In this document: positions 1 through 11,896 of the stretch, in pieces
How the letters are laid out: the number at the start of each line of letters is the position of its first letter
Position numbering within the stretch: position 1 is the stretch's first letter
Assembly: GCA_030390025.1 (NCBI GenBank)
Contig: CM059443.1
Span: 26,350,001 to 26,414,000, forward strand
Source: Squalus acanthias
Lineage: Eukaryota
Direction: 5' to 3'
Length of the DNA stretch: 64,000 nt
Program-made: the position numbers and the translations under genes
The notes under the pieces: model-generated
What the model was told of the DNA's origin: nothing
The model's database searches: none
The model's input: only the letters and a program-made list of their open reading frames with translations

Positions 1-347
1 AACAATAAAAGCCAGGAAGAGGCCCCCTTTAAATAGTGGCCCCCCCCAGCCCCACAGCGATTGATAGCGTTCCAGTCTTCTGGTCGTTGGATGCGCCAGG
101 CGGTAAGGCAGGGGGCGCCACTCAATTTCCGCTCCGGGGCGCCACAAGGGCGTTGCACCATGGAATGACGTCACAATCTGCGCGCGCAGGTGGTCGCAGC
201 GGTAAGTTTTAGTGCCGCCGCACAATCTCAAGTTAAGTTCTCGAGCGGCGCAAACATCGCTGCGCCCGGGCGTTAGCGGCTTTGCGCCCCATTAGCGCCC
301 TCTTAAGGCGCTAACTGGAGGCGCAACCAAGTGAATTTTTACCCCTA
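1..347. mobile_element. Right part of a GC-rich non-autonomous TIR element (MITE), same family as 7537-8267 and 17496-17975
   Basis: GC-rich GCGCC/GGCGC palindromes; ends in ...GAATTTTTACCCC, like the ...GAATTTTTCCCCC end at 8254-8266. Confidence 0.65.
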
Positions 348-384
348 TAACTTTGAGAGCTTCCAGAGGGAAGTGGGTTAAAAA

Positions 385-700
385 AGAAAGAACTTGCATT
401 TATACACCGTCTTTCACGACCACAGGGCATCCCAAAGTGCTTTTGAAGTGTTGTCGCTGTTGTAATGTAAGCAATGCGGCAGCCAATTTGTGCATTGCTG
501 GCTCCCACAAACAGCAATGAAATAAATGACCAGATCATCTGTTTTAGGTGTTGGTTGAGGGATAAATGTTGGCCAGGACATCAGGGAAAACACCCCTGCT
601 CTTCTTCGAAATAGTGCCATGGGATCTTTTACGTCCACCTGAGAGGGAAGACAGGGCCTCGGTTTAACATCTAATCTGAAAGACGGGCACATGATGTCTT
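385..700 (-). mobile_element. DeuSINE-like SINE (SacSINE1/AmnSINE1-type core) with L2-type tail
   Basis: Reverse strand reads GATGTTAAACCGAGG...GGTGGACGTAAAAGATCCCATGGCACT...CTTTGGGATGCCCTGTGGTCGTGAAAG...TATAAATGCAAG; a similar copy lies at 46400-46715. Confidence 0.7.
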
Positions 701-1789
701 TGTCACACAGCGCCTGGCTTATGGGGGATGTTGGCAATGTGCCAGTAGGCCAGCCATTAGCAGTGGGCCATCAGAAATTGAAAAGTGGCCCATTTTAATA
801 TATTGTTCGAAAAGGTACGTTGGAAAGCAAAATTTTGTACCAAGGGTGCAAAGGGAAATGAACCAGAAACACTTGCCATTTGAAAATGATAGAATTGTAA
901 TGTATAGTAACCTTCCATATCAAATAGATCACACGGTAGAAAAGTAACATTTACAGCAATTACTCATCTGCAGTACAGTCAAGCTCCAGAGTTTACCAAT
1001 GAATATACTTGTTTGGCAGAACCCTTATGTATTTGATACTTGTCACCTCTCAAAAATTGTCCTCGATCCAGCTCTGTTGCAATCATTATGCGCTGCACTT
1101 GTGACTGGATAAGAAAATGGCCGTAAAAAATTATTTTCAGCCAATGAAATGGCCATTTAATTTTTTTTTAATCCCACTTCCAAAATGAATGATGGGAGGA
1201 ATAGGAAAGGTGAGCAACAAATTTTCAAGTTCATTTTTTTTTAAGAAAAATATAGATTCAGGAAGAAATAAACCATGTTCTAGTGTCTGTCCCTACACTG
1301 AGGAGGAGTAAAAGGAGAAAAACAGAAAAAAAAATCCCACTTAATTACGTGTTCAGTGTCTTGTATATCTATGAAAAACTTATGAATAGTTTTTGATCAG
1401 TTTATACGTGTCAGTAGTGACTCTCCTTTTAAATGACTTATAACCAGAATAGTGCTCATCAGTTAACATTATAGAATAGATAATCTGTACACAAATGTTC
1501 TGAGCACTGCATCTGTCCAGATAGGATAAGGGGCAGATTTCTGACTACAGTGGTTAGTCAGTAACAGGATTTCCTTTTCTAGAATGTTTATAGTGTGAGA
1601 GCTTGAATTTATATTCCTTCTATACAAGGAAGTGCCAACCTACAGTGTAGCAGGCAGTAGTGAATTGGTTAGGAAGTTTATGGAGATTAATCATGGACAT
1701 TTCCATGAGGACATTTTTGAACAGGTAAAAATAAAACTGTAACTCATAAATGAGTGCCCACGCACCAGACTTCTCAGATAACTCTGTGG

Positions 1790-2100
1790 GCTCAGGCTCC
1801 ACGTGATGCAGTATTGAACCTCACAGACCAGGAAAGTCCAGGCTCAGTCACTGCTCTATGCCTAAGTTGACAATGGTGGGACACAAATGAACTTAACTTT
1901 GCCTGGGGAAGGGAAGAGAAAATGTGCTTATGGTTCCCATTTCCAATTGTTATTCAGTGACCCTTGTTGGAAGGGTGTTTCTGTGGATCATGTGAGAAGG
2001 GGATTAAGTTCGTCCCATAATGTGAAAGCCTGTTGACACTCAAGCCTGGATTTTCAGATTGGGCGAAGACTCGAGTGGAAGTGGGGCAGAGTGTGCTTCG
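1790..2100 (+). mobile_element. Diverged copy of a tRNA-headed SINE-like family (CAGTGACCCC/GTGGA/GAGGACAGGAT core)
   Basis: Shares CAGACCAGGAAAG, GGGAAGGGAA, CAGTGACCC and GTGGA blocks with copies at 8430-8660, 37380-37700 and 39080-39360. Confidence 0.5.
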
Positions 2101-2434
2101 CATTTGGCTGACATCATGAACTCTGACCCTGCCGTAGTTTCTGGGGTCAGCTTCATTATAATATTGCGGGTGAGCTCCAGGCATTGGAAACATTTCTGTT
2201 TGGGAGCGTTGGCATTTAAAGGCCTGCAGCAGCTTAAAGGGGAAGGCATCATTGCAATTGCTTTTGCAGCAGCAAAGTTCAGCTAAGTTTAGGCCTGCAG
2301 ATTGGTGGAGAGTCCCCAGGTTCACGGATGTAGCAGTGAAAATGCTGTTGTCCTCGAAGTGAGACAGGAGATGGAGACACTGTTTAGCATGGAGGGCCGC
2401 AGGACCCCTGAGAGAGCTGCCAGAGGGAATGGAA

Positions 2435-3315
2435 CAACAACAACAATAAATTGCATTTATATAGTGCCTTAAATGTAGTAAAACATCCCGAGGCACTTCA
2501 CACGAGCATTACCAAACAAAATTTGATCTGAGCCACATTAAGAAATATTAAGACAGGTGACAAAAAACTTGGTCAAAGAGGTAGATTTTAAGGAACATCT
2601 TAAAGGAGGAGAGAGAGATAGAGAAATGGAGAGGTTTAGGGAGGGAATTCCAGAGCTGAGGGCCAAGGTAGCTGAAGGCATGGCCACCAATGGTGGAGCG
2701 ATTTAAAATCGGGGATGCTCAAGAGTCAGAATTTAAGGAGTGCAGAGATCTTGAAGGGTTGTGGGGCTGGAGGAGGCTACAGAGGGAGGGGCGAGGCCAT
2801 GGAGGCACTTGAAAACAAGGGTGAGAATTTTAAAATTGAGGTGTTGCTGGACCAGGAACCATTGTAGGTCAGCGAGCACAGGGGCGATGAGTTAACGGGA
2901 CTTGGTGCGAGTTAGCATATGGGCAACATAGTTTTGGATGAGTTCAAGTTTATGGAGGGTAGAAGATGGGAGACTGACCAGAATAGCATTGGCATAGTCA
3001 AGTCTAGAGGCATGAATGAGGATTTCAGCAGCAGATGAGCTGAGGCAGGGCGGAGACGTTACAAAGATGGAAGTAGGTGGTTTTGGTGATGGAGCGGATA
3101 TGTGGTCGGAAGCTCATCTTGTGGTCAAATAGAACCCCAAGGTTGCGAACGGTCTGATTCAGCCTCAGACTGTGACCAAGGGGAGTGATGGAGTTAGTAG
3201 CTAGATAATAGAGTTTGTGGTGGGGAGCGAAGACAGTGGCTTCGGTCTTCCCAATAGTTAGTTGGGAGGAAATTTCTGCTCATCCAGGACTGGATGTCAG
3301 ACAAGCAGCATGACA
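2435..3315 (-). mobile_element. L2 LINE 3' fragment
   Basis: (AAC)n tail followed by TTGCATTTATATAGTGCC (L2 3' end, reversed); flanked by direct repeat AATGGAA at 2428-2434 and 3316-3322. Confidence 0.85.
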
Positions 3316-4958
3316 AATGGAAGGTGATGATCAGGGAAGGCCATGTCAATTTGACACCCAACACATGACCAGGTAGTACATCAAGAGGTTTAGTGACGTC
3401 ACCAGGTCAGGCAATGCAAGTAGAGCCAGGCTCACCTTCTATGAATGCACTGTACTGCGCATGTCTGCCATTTATAATAAGCTCCACCTCACACTGTGTC
3501 AAAGTGTTTTAACTGCTTACCATCAATGCGATAAGCAGTGCCTTTACACCCCCAGCATTCACCTTGGTGTTTCTTCACTCATATCCTTACATGTTTTCAC
3601 TTGACAAGAAGCTCGAATGGAATATAATTGCTCGTCAAAAGCACCTGCCATCACGTCCATTATGGGCTGCATGATGATATCTGGCTTTTGCTGCATATGG
3701 CAACAAAAGGTAATTCTCACTTTTGTATTCATAGACTAGTACAGCACAGAAGGAGGCCATTCGGCCCATTGAGTCTGCGCCATCTTCTTCAAGGAAAAAC
3801 AGCCCATAATACTCGATAAAGAGCTGCAACAGGTGTTGCCCCCCCCCCCCCGCCCCCAAAAAACCTCAGACCGCTCATCCCCTATTAGAAAGAAGTGCTT
3901 CAAATTGAACAAGGAGGTCATTGTGTCTGTCAGGGATGGGAAATTCGGAGGCGATGTGCAGCTGTGTATTTGTGATCGATGCCTGGTTCTCTTCCTTCTC
4001 ATTCTATTGTATTTCAAATGAACTGACAGCAAACCACATCATGAAATTGTGTCACCCCTTCTACTGTAAATGATATACAAATTCTGCTCATCAGGAAACT
4101 ATGGTAATCTCGCTTCCTCTTTTCTTCTCGAGATGTGACTGAGGAAGAACACACAGTCTCCAGTACATCCGGCCCTCCCAGGGCTTTACATCACACACCG
4201 TCACGTTATATCCTTCCCAAACACTCATTCAGAGACGTGCAGCCCGGGGGAATTAGAAAGCGAGCCGGAAGGGAAAGCACTGGATGACACATGAGTGAAC
4301 AACAGCAGCTGCTGGTGACATGAATAGCAAGACAACACTGTCTGGACCATGAGTTTGCGTACTCTCTCCGCTGAAGAACATGACGATCTGGGTCTCGTCG
4401 GCCCTGCTTTAAGAAGAACAATATTTGCAGAGCATCAAGCATTGTTGTGAGCATTGAGGGCCATCCCAGAGAATGTGCTGCAGTGCTGTCTAAATTGGAG
4501 GAATCCCCTAGCAGAATGTGCAGGACATTGAAGCACAAATGTGTAACTCTGCACTCTACCACAGAGTAAGTGACAGCTCCAGGAACATCTACAGCGGACA
4601 CCCTCATGACAGAGGCCCCAAGGGCAGCCTGCTTCTTCCATGGATACTTAGACTCTTGCCATTGAGGTCTGGGGTGCCAGATTTGGCCTCCAAATTATTA
4701 GGGCTGGGTTGCAGACAGGCATTATACAGAGCTACACTTATCTCGTCACTGGTTGCCTGCAGATCAGTGGCCATGCTGAGCCAGTGCCCAGTGACATGGC
4801 AAGAATGGGCTTGGATGATGACTCTCAGGGTAGCAGAGCATGCGGGTATTCCCATCAACCCCCTTCAAGGCCTGCACATGTGACAGAAAGGTCATAGGAC
4901 TAGCCTGCCTACGCCACAGCACAAGAGGCACAGCCAGCAGCCATTCCGTCTCTGAGAT

Positions 4959-5355
4959 ACAACAACAACAACTTGTATTTATATAGTGCCTTTAAAACAT
5001 CCCAAGGCGCTTCACAGGAGCGTTACCAAACAAAATTTGACACCGAGCCACATAAGGAGATATTAGGGCAGGTGACCAAAAGCTTGGTCAAAGAGTTAGG
5101 TTTTAAGGAGCGTCTTAAAGGAGGAAAGAGAAGTAGCGAGGTGGAGCGGTTTAGGGAGGGAATTCCAGAGCTTAAGGTCTTGGCAGCTGAAGGCACAGCC
5201 ACCAATAGTGGAGTGATTAAAATCAGGGTTGCTCAAGAGGCCAGAATTGGAGGAGCGCAGATATCTCAGAGGGTTGTAGGACTGGAGGAGATTACAGAGA
5301 TAGGGAGGGGCGAGGTCATGGAGGGATTTGAAAACAAGGATGAGAATTTTTAAAT
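4959..5355 (-). mobile_element. L2 LINE 3' fragment
   Basis: (AAC)n tail and high similarity to 2435-2840; TGAGAT at 4953-4958 and 5356-5361 is a possible target-site duplication. Confidence 0.85.
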
Positions 5356-5699
5356 TGAGATGAGGACTAACTCAGTTCCAGGAGGTTCCGGTTGCAACAC
5401 AGCAGCAGCCATCGCCCACTTGCCAATGCGGTAGCACTGAGGAGAAGCACATGCTTCATACACTGGCACCAAGGGGAAACACTGTGGTAAGAAGCACTCG
5501 GCATACACACAATGTGGTTTCTCTTTAAAATTATTGTTGCGCTAAAATTGTTGTCATTGCAAACATTATTCTTGCAAACGTTTAGAAGTTGTTTTCATTG
5601 GCTGATGAATTGCTATACACAAGAGAATGGTCCATAGATGATGGCATATTTGTAAAGGGAGGGGAACGATGTAAACAAGATTGTTAATGCAATGGCTAG

Positions 5700-6690
5700 T
5701 TGTGGAGGTCAAGAGTAGGTCTCTTGTATGAGTGGCATAACTGTCTCTGGCTGGCAACAAGTAGTCCTCCACATCATCTTTTGACTGCTACTACTCCTTT
5801 GCTGATCCCCTTGCTGTCCTTAAGGCCTTCTTCCTCTCCCTTTATAAGGTAAATTTGTGCAGCACACTGTACAGAACAACCGTGGGACCCTAGCAGGACT
5901 ATATTATAGTACAATCCAATCCCTTAAAGAGTGCCTTCAACAATCCAATGCTGTGCTCCATTTGGACTCTGGTGCACAAATGGACCTTATTGTAACAGGA
6001 CTCCATTGGTATCCTGGAATAATGCATGTTTCATGAGCCGTAGCTGCAGAGGATTGCCTTAATCCCCCAGGAGCCTTTCTGGGTTGAAGAGCACTGGTAC
6101 AGTTGCTTGACTTAAAAGGAAGGCTTGTGGCATCTCCCAGCTATACATGGAGAAAATAAAATCCTTTCCTATGTAAATTGATTAATGGAGCATGTAAGGT
6201 CATGTGGGTGCAATCGATGACTCCTTGGACCTTTGGGATCCTGCCACTCTTTCAAATTACAGTGCCCTATCATGCTGCCGATGATTGGCCATGCGGAAGG
6301 TGATGAAATGATTAGCTCCAGTAAACAATTCATCTGTGATTTGCTTAATGCATCAATGCACAGCTGATTGGCTAACATTAGTGATACCTAGTGACAGCCT
6401 GGAGCGACTCTGTAGCATAAACAGTCAGGGCAGTTGTGACCTTAAGTCACTGGCAGCAAGTGGAGATGAGTTATAGGTCCACATGCTGCATGTGGCATAA
6501 CTCAGTGATGGCTTCTAGGTAAAGTGAAGCCTCTAGTGGCATTGGTCCTCCGACAAATGTAGGTATTTGTGCCTCTGCCTGTATATTGTGGTGTTGGGGT
6601 ACTGGCAGGTGGGTGCCATGCACCTCTGCTGCTGCCTGACTATCCTGGCATCCCTCTGTTCCTCCTTTCCCTCTTCCAAAAAGGTAAATA
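5700..6690 (-). pseudogene. Decayed Harbinger/HARBI1-type DDE transposase
   Basis: Minus-strand translation: YPNTTIYRQRHKYLHLSEDQC, KVTTALTVYAT, SQSAVH*CIKQITDELF, PKVQGVIDCTHMTLHAP (~6185-6236), HRKGFYFLHV, YSPARV and VLHKF, in the order expected for HARBI1-family motifs; many stops and frameshifts. Confidence 0.8.
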
Positions 6691-7536
6691 TATAGGAGAA
6701 TTCACAACGGGAAGCCCATTGTCTCCTGTCTGAAATGGTTGGGGAGGGTGAAATGGCAGCCCCGTAGCAAATGGCACAAAGGCAAATGGGAAAAGAAAGA
6801 AGCCAGTGTTATCAACATCGAAGCTAAGCTCTTCCAATTCACTTCCACCTAGCAACCCTGAATGTCCTTTCACACACATGAACAATGGTCCCTTGGCTGA
6901 GATACTGCAGTGCCACTATTATGTGTGGAGCTGAACTTTAGCTGTTGCCTTGGTAAAAACATTGGACAAGGAAATAAAACTGTCACCAAGAGATACTCAA
7001 AACAGTAGTCACCATGTACTTTTTCTCAAACCACATATGTGGTCTGACTGATGCCGCTTTATAAACGGTGAGATACCCACTCGACATGTGAGTTAAAAGG
7101 ATTAAAGATACACAATACCATCCATTTATTAAGTTACAAAACTCCAAATGATCCAGTTTGTAGGAATGTGAACGGTCACATTTCTGAAATCTATTTATGT
7201 CCCTCCCCCTCCCTGCACAGATTCAGTTCCCGCTCTTGGGGTTTTTTTGACCATGGGGTGGATTTAAGCCAATTTCTTACTTATTTGAAGGAATTTGTTG
7301 GTCTTCAACACAGTGAAAATATTAGCATCTGAACATTCTTGTCTTCCCTGCCATTCAGGTTAGAAGTAAGCAGTTACGTTTTTTGGATTTTCTTTCTTGA
7401 ACAAATCAGAACTAGAACAGTCCAAGGCAGGGACACGGTGGAACAAAGAGCAAGAATGTACAGAATAATTGTAATGTGAATTGTTTAAATAGAGTACATA
7501 CCAATCCATATATGTGACTTTACAGGGGGACTTATA

Positions 7537-8267
7537 GAGGAAAAAAATTGGGTCTCGCCCCCTTTGGGCCGCAAACTTCGCTGGGGCACTACTTTTAGTG
7601 CCCCGAAAAGGTTATTGCCCCGTGCACGAAATTGAACGGTAGCACCCCAAGCAGGAGGTGGGGCGCTACTGGAAGCGCTCCCCCTCCCTCTTGGGGTGCT
7701 CCCATTGAATATCGCGGCGCTACGTGCAACAGTGCCACACACGCTGGCACGTAGCGCTGTGGTACTACAGACCTCCCTCCCCTGATTAAAGGGGAGGGGC
7801 CTAGCGCAGCACACACCGGGGCCCTGCTGGACCACCGGGGAGCGGGGTGCCGGCAAAAGAGCCCGGCACTCAAGAGGAGTGCCGGGCTGACCGATCGTGG
7901 CCGGCACCCCGCAGGAGGAGGCCAGAGGGGGCAGGTGCTGGCAGGGTGGCCCAAAAACAATGGCCGCCTGGCACCTGCCCTTTAATTTGCGCCGTCCTGG
8001 CCACAAAAACGCCACCCTCACCCTGTCGGACATAGCGTCCGGCGGTAGGTCAGGGGTCGTGAGACAAGTTTGCGGCCGGGGCGCGAGCGGGGTGCTGCGC
8101 ACGCCGATGATGTCATCACTGGAGGCGCAGCGGCGTGGGACGCTACCGGCTACTGCCGCTGCTAACCTCCCGCTGAATTTCGCGGGAGGCGTTAGTGTCG
8201 CTGCGTCCGGGTGCTAGGTGCTTTGCGCCCCTAACGAGAGGCGCAAAGCATCCGAATTTTTCCCCCT
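7537..8267. mobile_element. GC-rich non-autonomous TIR element (MITE, probably Harbinger/Tourist-like)
   Basis: Left end GAGGAAAAAAATTGGG versus right end CCGAATTTTTCCCCCTC (imperfect inverted repeats); internal hairpin GCTTTGCGCC-N10-GGCGCAAAGC at ~8220-8249; inverted partial copy at 17496-17975. Confidence 0.75.
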
Positions 8268-8429
8268 CAGTGACTGTGGGATAATTTTCATAAAGTATTG
8301 TCCCCTAAACTGTATCCTTCCTGCATTGACTCTATAGATATGAATCAGCCGTAACATAGCGACTACCTAGCTCTAATCTGATTTGATACTTAGGAAGAAC
8401 AAAACATTACATTTGTAGTTCCTCTAATG

Positions 8430-8660
8430 GCACGGTTGGTACTGAGGCATATGGACCAGGAAAGCCCTGGGTTCAATACTTGTGCTGAGTTAACTGATCT
8501 CAGTCACGGTGGGCGTAGGGGTACAACAAATGGAAAAAATTCCTAATCCTGATCGCTAGACTCCTACTGGACAGCGAATGTGAATCACAACGGGTGTGGA
8601 CAGAATTGGACTTAGCTGTGTATGCTCGTACAGTTGAGCAGGCTGTAGGCAGCTGACATG
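8430..8660 (+). mobile_element. tRNA-headed SINE-like copy interrupted by a TIR element
   Basis: B-box-like GGTTCAATAC at ~8470, TGTGCTGAGTTAACTGATCTCAG, CCTGATCGCT; a tail-like remainder resumes at ~9480-9530. Confidence 0.55.
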
Positions 8661-9351
8661 CAGGCCCGGGATTTCCTGGAAAGTTTCTTGCGTACCTACG
8701 GTGTAAGAGTGCAGTTGCCCTGTTTTTTCTGCGAGAACATTTGCGCGTAACACGCATGTCCACGATCGTTTGCAGCACTTCCGAGATATGTCCGCCCAAA
8801 CCCTCTGCCGCTCATTTACATAGCTCCGCCCCCACGCAAAAGATCAGCTTGCACGAATTTCCGTGAATGATGTGCTGCCGTAGATTCACGCTTGCAAATG
8901 TAGCCCAAAGCCACCTGCTATTGGCGTAACTGAGATTTCTGGAGATTGATAGCAAATTTGTTCTTACTGAGACCTGCACTATACTGAACCAAAATGATGT
9001 CAGCCTCAGTGCACCCAAAAATTTTCGGCTCCCTGCCCCCTTCCCCCACTCGTTCAGAAGGTTTGAGGTGCTGGAATGGCCTCCCCAATGGGCATGTCCC
9101 TCTTCTGCATAATGATGGAAGAGGAGCAGCAGAGACAAGAGGCTCCGAGAGCGAGGTGTCACGGCAGAAGGCAGTAGCCTACTCGCTGTTTTCCCTATTG
9201 GTGGCGCTGCATTTGCGTTTGCTTTTGTGTAGGCGAATGAGCTCTGTAGGACGTTTCAGCTTAAGTTCCCGTCGGCAAGGTCAGCACAGAAACCGACGTA
9301 AATTTCGGCGTTATTTCTGTGTAAGTGCAATCCAGGAAATTCCAGTCCCTG
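8661..9351. mobile_element. Non-autonomous TIR element
   Basis: CAGGCCCGGGATTTCCTGGA (8661-8680) is an imperfect inverted repeat of TCCAGGAAATTCCAGTCCCTG (9331-9351); ATG on both flanks (8658-8660, 9352-9354) is a possible 3-bp target-site duplication. Confidence 0.7.
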
Positions 9352-9377
9352 ATGTTTAGGTACATATGCGAGGTCAC

Positions 9378-9470
9378 TTCACCTGACAAAGGAGCAGCGC
9401 TCCGAAAGCTTGTGATTTCAAATAAAGCTGTTGGACTATAACCTGGTGTTGTGCGACTTCTCACTTTTAG
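9378..9470 (+). mobile_element. Penelope-like retroelement terminal fragment
   Basis: CACCTGACAAAGGAGCAGCGCTCCGAAAGCTTGTG...AATAAAGCTGTTGGACTATAACCTGGTGTTGTG, recalled as a common elasmobranch Penelope-type end. Confidence 0.55.
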
Positions 9471-10094
9471 GTACATACACAAAGGGTGTGTTGGGATCAG
9501 CATGATTCGTCTTTATTAGAAGAGGGGATACCATTGAAGAGGAGAAAAGTGAAATAAAGAGCTTCATTTATAATGAACAAAATTGTTTTATATTGCTGTT
9601 ACATTGAACCTTTCACCTGTGTCTTCTCAGTGGGCTGGTGCTGTGGGACAGTATTGAGATAAGCAAGAGGTAACTTCCAAGACATGGCTTTACCTTTACA
9701 CTAGCTATGATATACTTTCCACTGGTGTCAAGCCCTCCAACTAGATTTAATAAATAATTTAAACTCAGAAGAGCCCCCTACATCGATTATTCTACTTTTA
9801 CCAATTTAGAAAAGAGTTGTCCGTACTGTCAGCTGTCACTTAGTTAAAAGCTCACCAGCTGCAGAAAGCTGGTAAGCAGTTAACCAAGCATTTGATTTAG
9901 CAGATATATGTAAACGTCTGAAATCCTCCTCCAACTTTACAAAGATATGAGCAGGTGTGTGATTGCAGCTCCTTGCTCTTGTCTCTGCTCAAATGCAGTC
10001 AGCGCTTCACTGGAAGCTGCAGTGTAAAGGCAGGGTTAATGCTTGTTTTAGTGAACATGAGCCAATATTCAGTGCCTCTCAAATATTGCTCATC

Positions 10095-10272
10095 TCTTTT
10101 CTCCGTTAAGACGCTCCTTAAAACCTAATTCTTTGACCAAGCTTTTGATCACCTGCCGTAATTTCTCCTTATGTGGCTCGGTGTCAAATTCTTTTGCCTT
10201 TTAATACTCCTGTGAAGCGCCTTGGGACGTTTTACTACATTGAAGGCGCTATATAAATACAAGTTGTTGTTC
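10095..10272 (+). mobile_element. L2 LINE 3' end
   Basis: Reverse complement of the 4959-5130 sequence; ends GGCGCTATATAAATACAAGTTGTTGTT. Confidence 0.8.
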
Positions 10273-11207
10273 TTGTGTACTGGAATTCTTACATTACTGG
10301 CAGGAATTGTACTTTGTCCCTTTTAATTTTGCCCTCTTACACCTTTCCACTGTATGTTCCTACGGTCCCCAAAGCTCACCACCCCTGGGGTTTTCCTCGC
10401 GTCAGGTCTATTGTAGACCAATTGATAGAGACTGAGTGCTATGATTAGTCAACAACTCCACTGTCTTTGTATCATGTGACTACCAGGATGGTAGTAGGTG
10501 AGCTCGATGAACCTTGGCCATTTTCCATCTAACAATTCCTCTGTTTAACATTGTCACCCTTGACCAATTTTTTTTCTTAATATGATGGTATCCGAGTTTA
10601 TAATAAATTTATTATAAATATGTATAAAAATAAAATTAAAAAGCACATGTCATCGTTACTTGCATTTTCTTTGTGACTATTTTAGTCATGAGTTCCAGCA
10701 AAAATATGGAAGCTGTATTTCGCACACATTAACCTTAATTAACAGTTTTTCTTTAAACTCCTGCTGCACCTTTTGGTCATATGCTTCACATTGGAACTTT
10801 AAGATACCGAGAGTAACATAGATCATTTTGGGGTCAGTGGTTCTGCATCAGTTTCCGTAGGCATGAATCAGTATTAGTGGTGAGTTGGTGGGTGTAGGAT
10901 AGTTTTAGTGTCAGATTAGTGCTCATCACTGAAGAACCTAAGATATCCACGACAAAAATCTGATCAATTGCATGTTCGAAACACCATTACTCTAATGCCC
11001 AGGAGCTGAAAGGTACCTTTCTGTGTGTAGCCTTTTTCTCATGACCTCTGAATGATTTTGTTTATTCATATTAGAGATTATAAGAGTTGAGAAAGAGAAA
11101 AATTTGAAATATACATTATTTGATGATCATTTAGACAATTAATTGACTGAAATGTGTATTTGTGTGTTATATATATATATATATGAAAAACATACGTGTG
11201 TATATAT

Positions 11208-11896
11208 ATGGCCTTGAAATTCATCAGCTTTTTAAAAAAATCCAATATGTTCTCAGGTGTCTCCAGGCAGCTCGCCGGGGAAGAGGAATCGAAGATTGGG
11301 TCGCCGCTGGCATCACAGGCAAGTGATCAAAGGAAGGAGGGCGACGGGGTCGCGATGGTAGCGGTGACTGAGAGACAGGGCAGAGACCGGGATCAGGGAG
11401 GGGCCGAGGCCGAGAGGGAGGAGAGAGATCGGGATCTGGGAGGGCAGAGTCTGGGATCGAGGAGGGGAGAGGCTGGGATTGAGTGGCGGGGGGAGGGGGG
11501 AGCATAGCTGTGGCGATTGGAAGTGGGTAGCAGTGGCGACGTGTGGGGGGTGGGGGGGAAATGGTGGCCGGCAGTGGTTCGCGTTCTTTGTATGTGGAGT
11601 CCTGCTCCTCTCGACTCCACATTCAGGGAAGTATATTTAAAGAACTTACCTTGTTGGTTGTGGCCTGCAGCGGTCCCTTTAAGGACTGCCTCTTAGGCTG
11701 CAGGTAGACCTGGTTTTCCTGCATGGAGCCAGTGCTCAGGCCCTAATGCCTGTTTCAGCCTTGGGCACTTCACGCCAGTTTTTTGGCCTTTACCAATATG
11801 GCGGGCGGTGCACTTCCGGCTCGTAATGAGTGTTCACTTCCTGCTCACCATATTGGTGGCTTAGTTGGCCATTTAGCACCTGAATTTCTAGGCCAT
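11208..11896. mobile_element. Non-autonomous TIR element
   Basis: ATGGCCTTGAAATTCA (11208-11223) matches the reverse complement of TGAATTTCTAGGCCAT (11881-11896) at 15/16 positions; purine-rich interior; sits next to a (TA)n tract. Confidence 0.7.

Larger units (their letters stand above)
2300..5480 (+). pseudogene. Decayed Myb/SANT-like DNA-binding ORF of a PIF/Harbinger transposon, split by two L2 insertions and a CR1 fragment
   Basis: Manual translation: RVPRFTDVAVKMLL..LEVRQEMETLFSMEGRRTP (~2310-2410); EWKVMIRE after removing the L2; KRFSDVTRSG (~3385-3415); GKTAHNTR*RAATG (~3792-3835, TGGG-type motif); ALRRTIFAEHQALL (~4405-4450). Contains stops and frameshifts. Confidence 0.65.

Noticed and set aside
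5700-6690. Host HARBI1 gene
   Set aside because: Many stops and frameshifts, and it is paired with a decayed Myb/SANT ORF; this is a transposon relic.
7485-8217. Long GC-rich ORFs on both strands (205, 121 and 106 aa), and the 211-aa ORF at 17341-17976
   Set aside because: They lie in a multicopy GC-rich TIR element where stop codons are rare; there is no domain signature, and the copies differ by frameshifts.
8430-8500. tRNA gene suggested by the B-box-like GGTTCAAT
   Set aside because: No cloverleaf can be formed; it is a degenerate SINE head.
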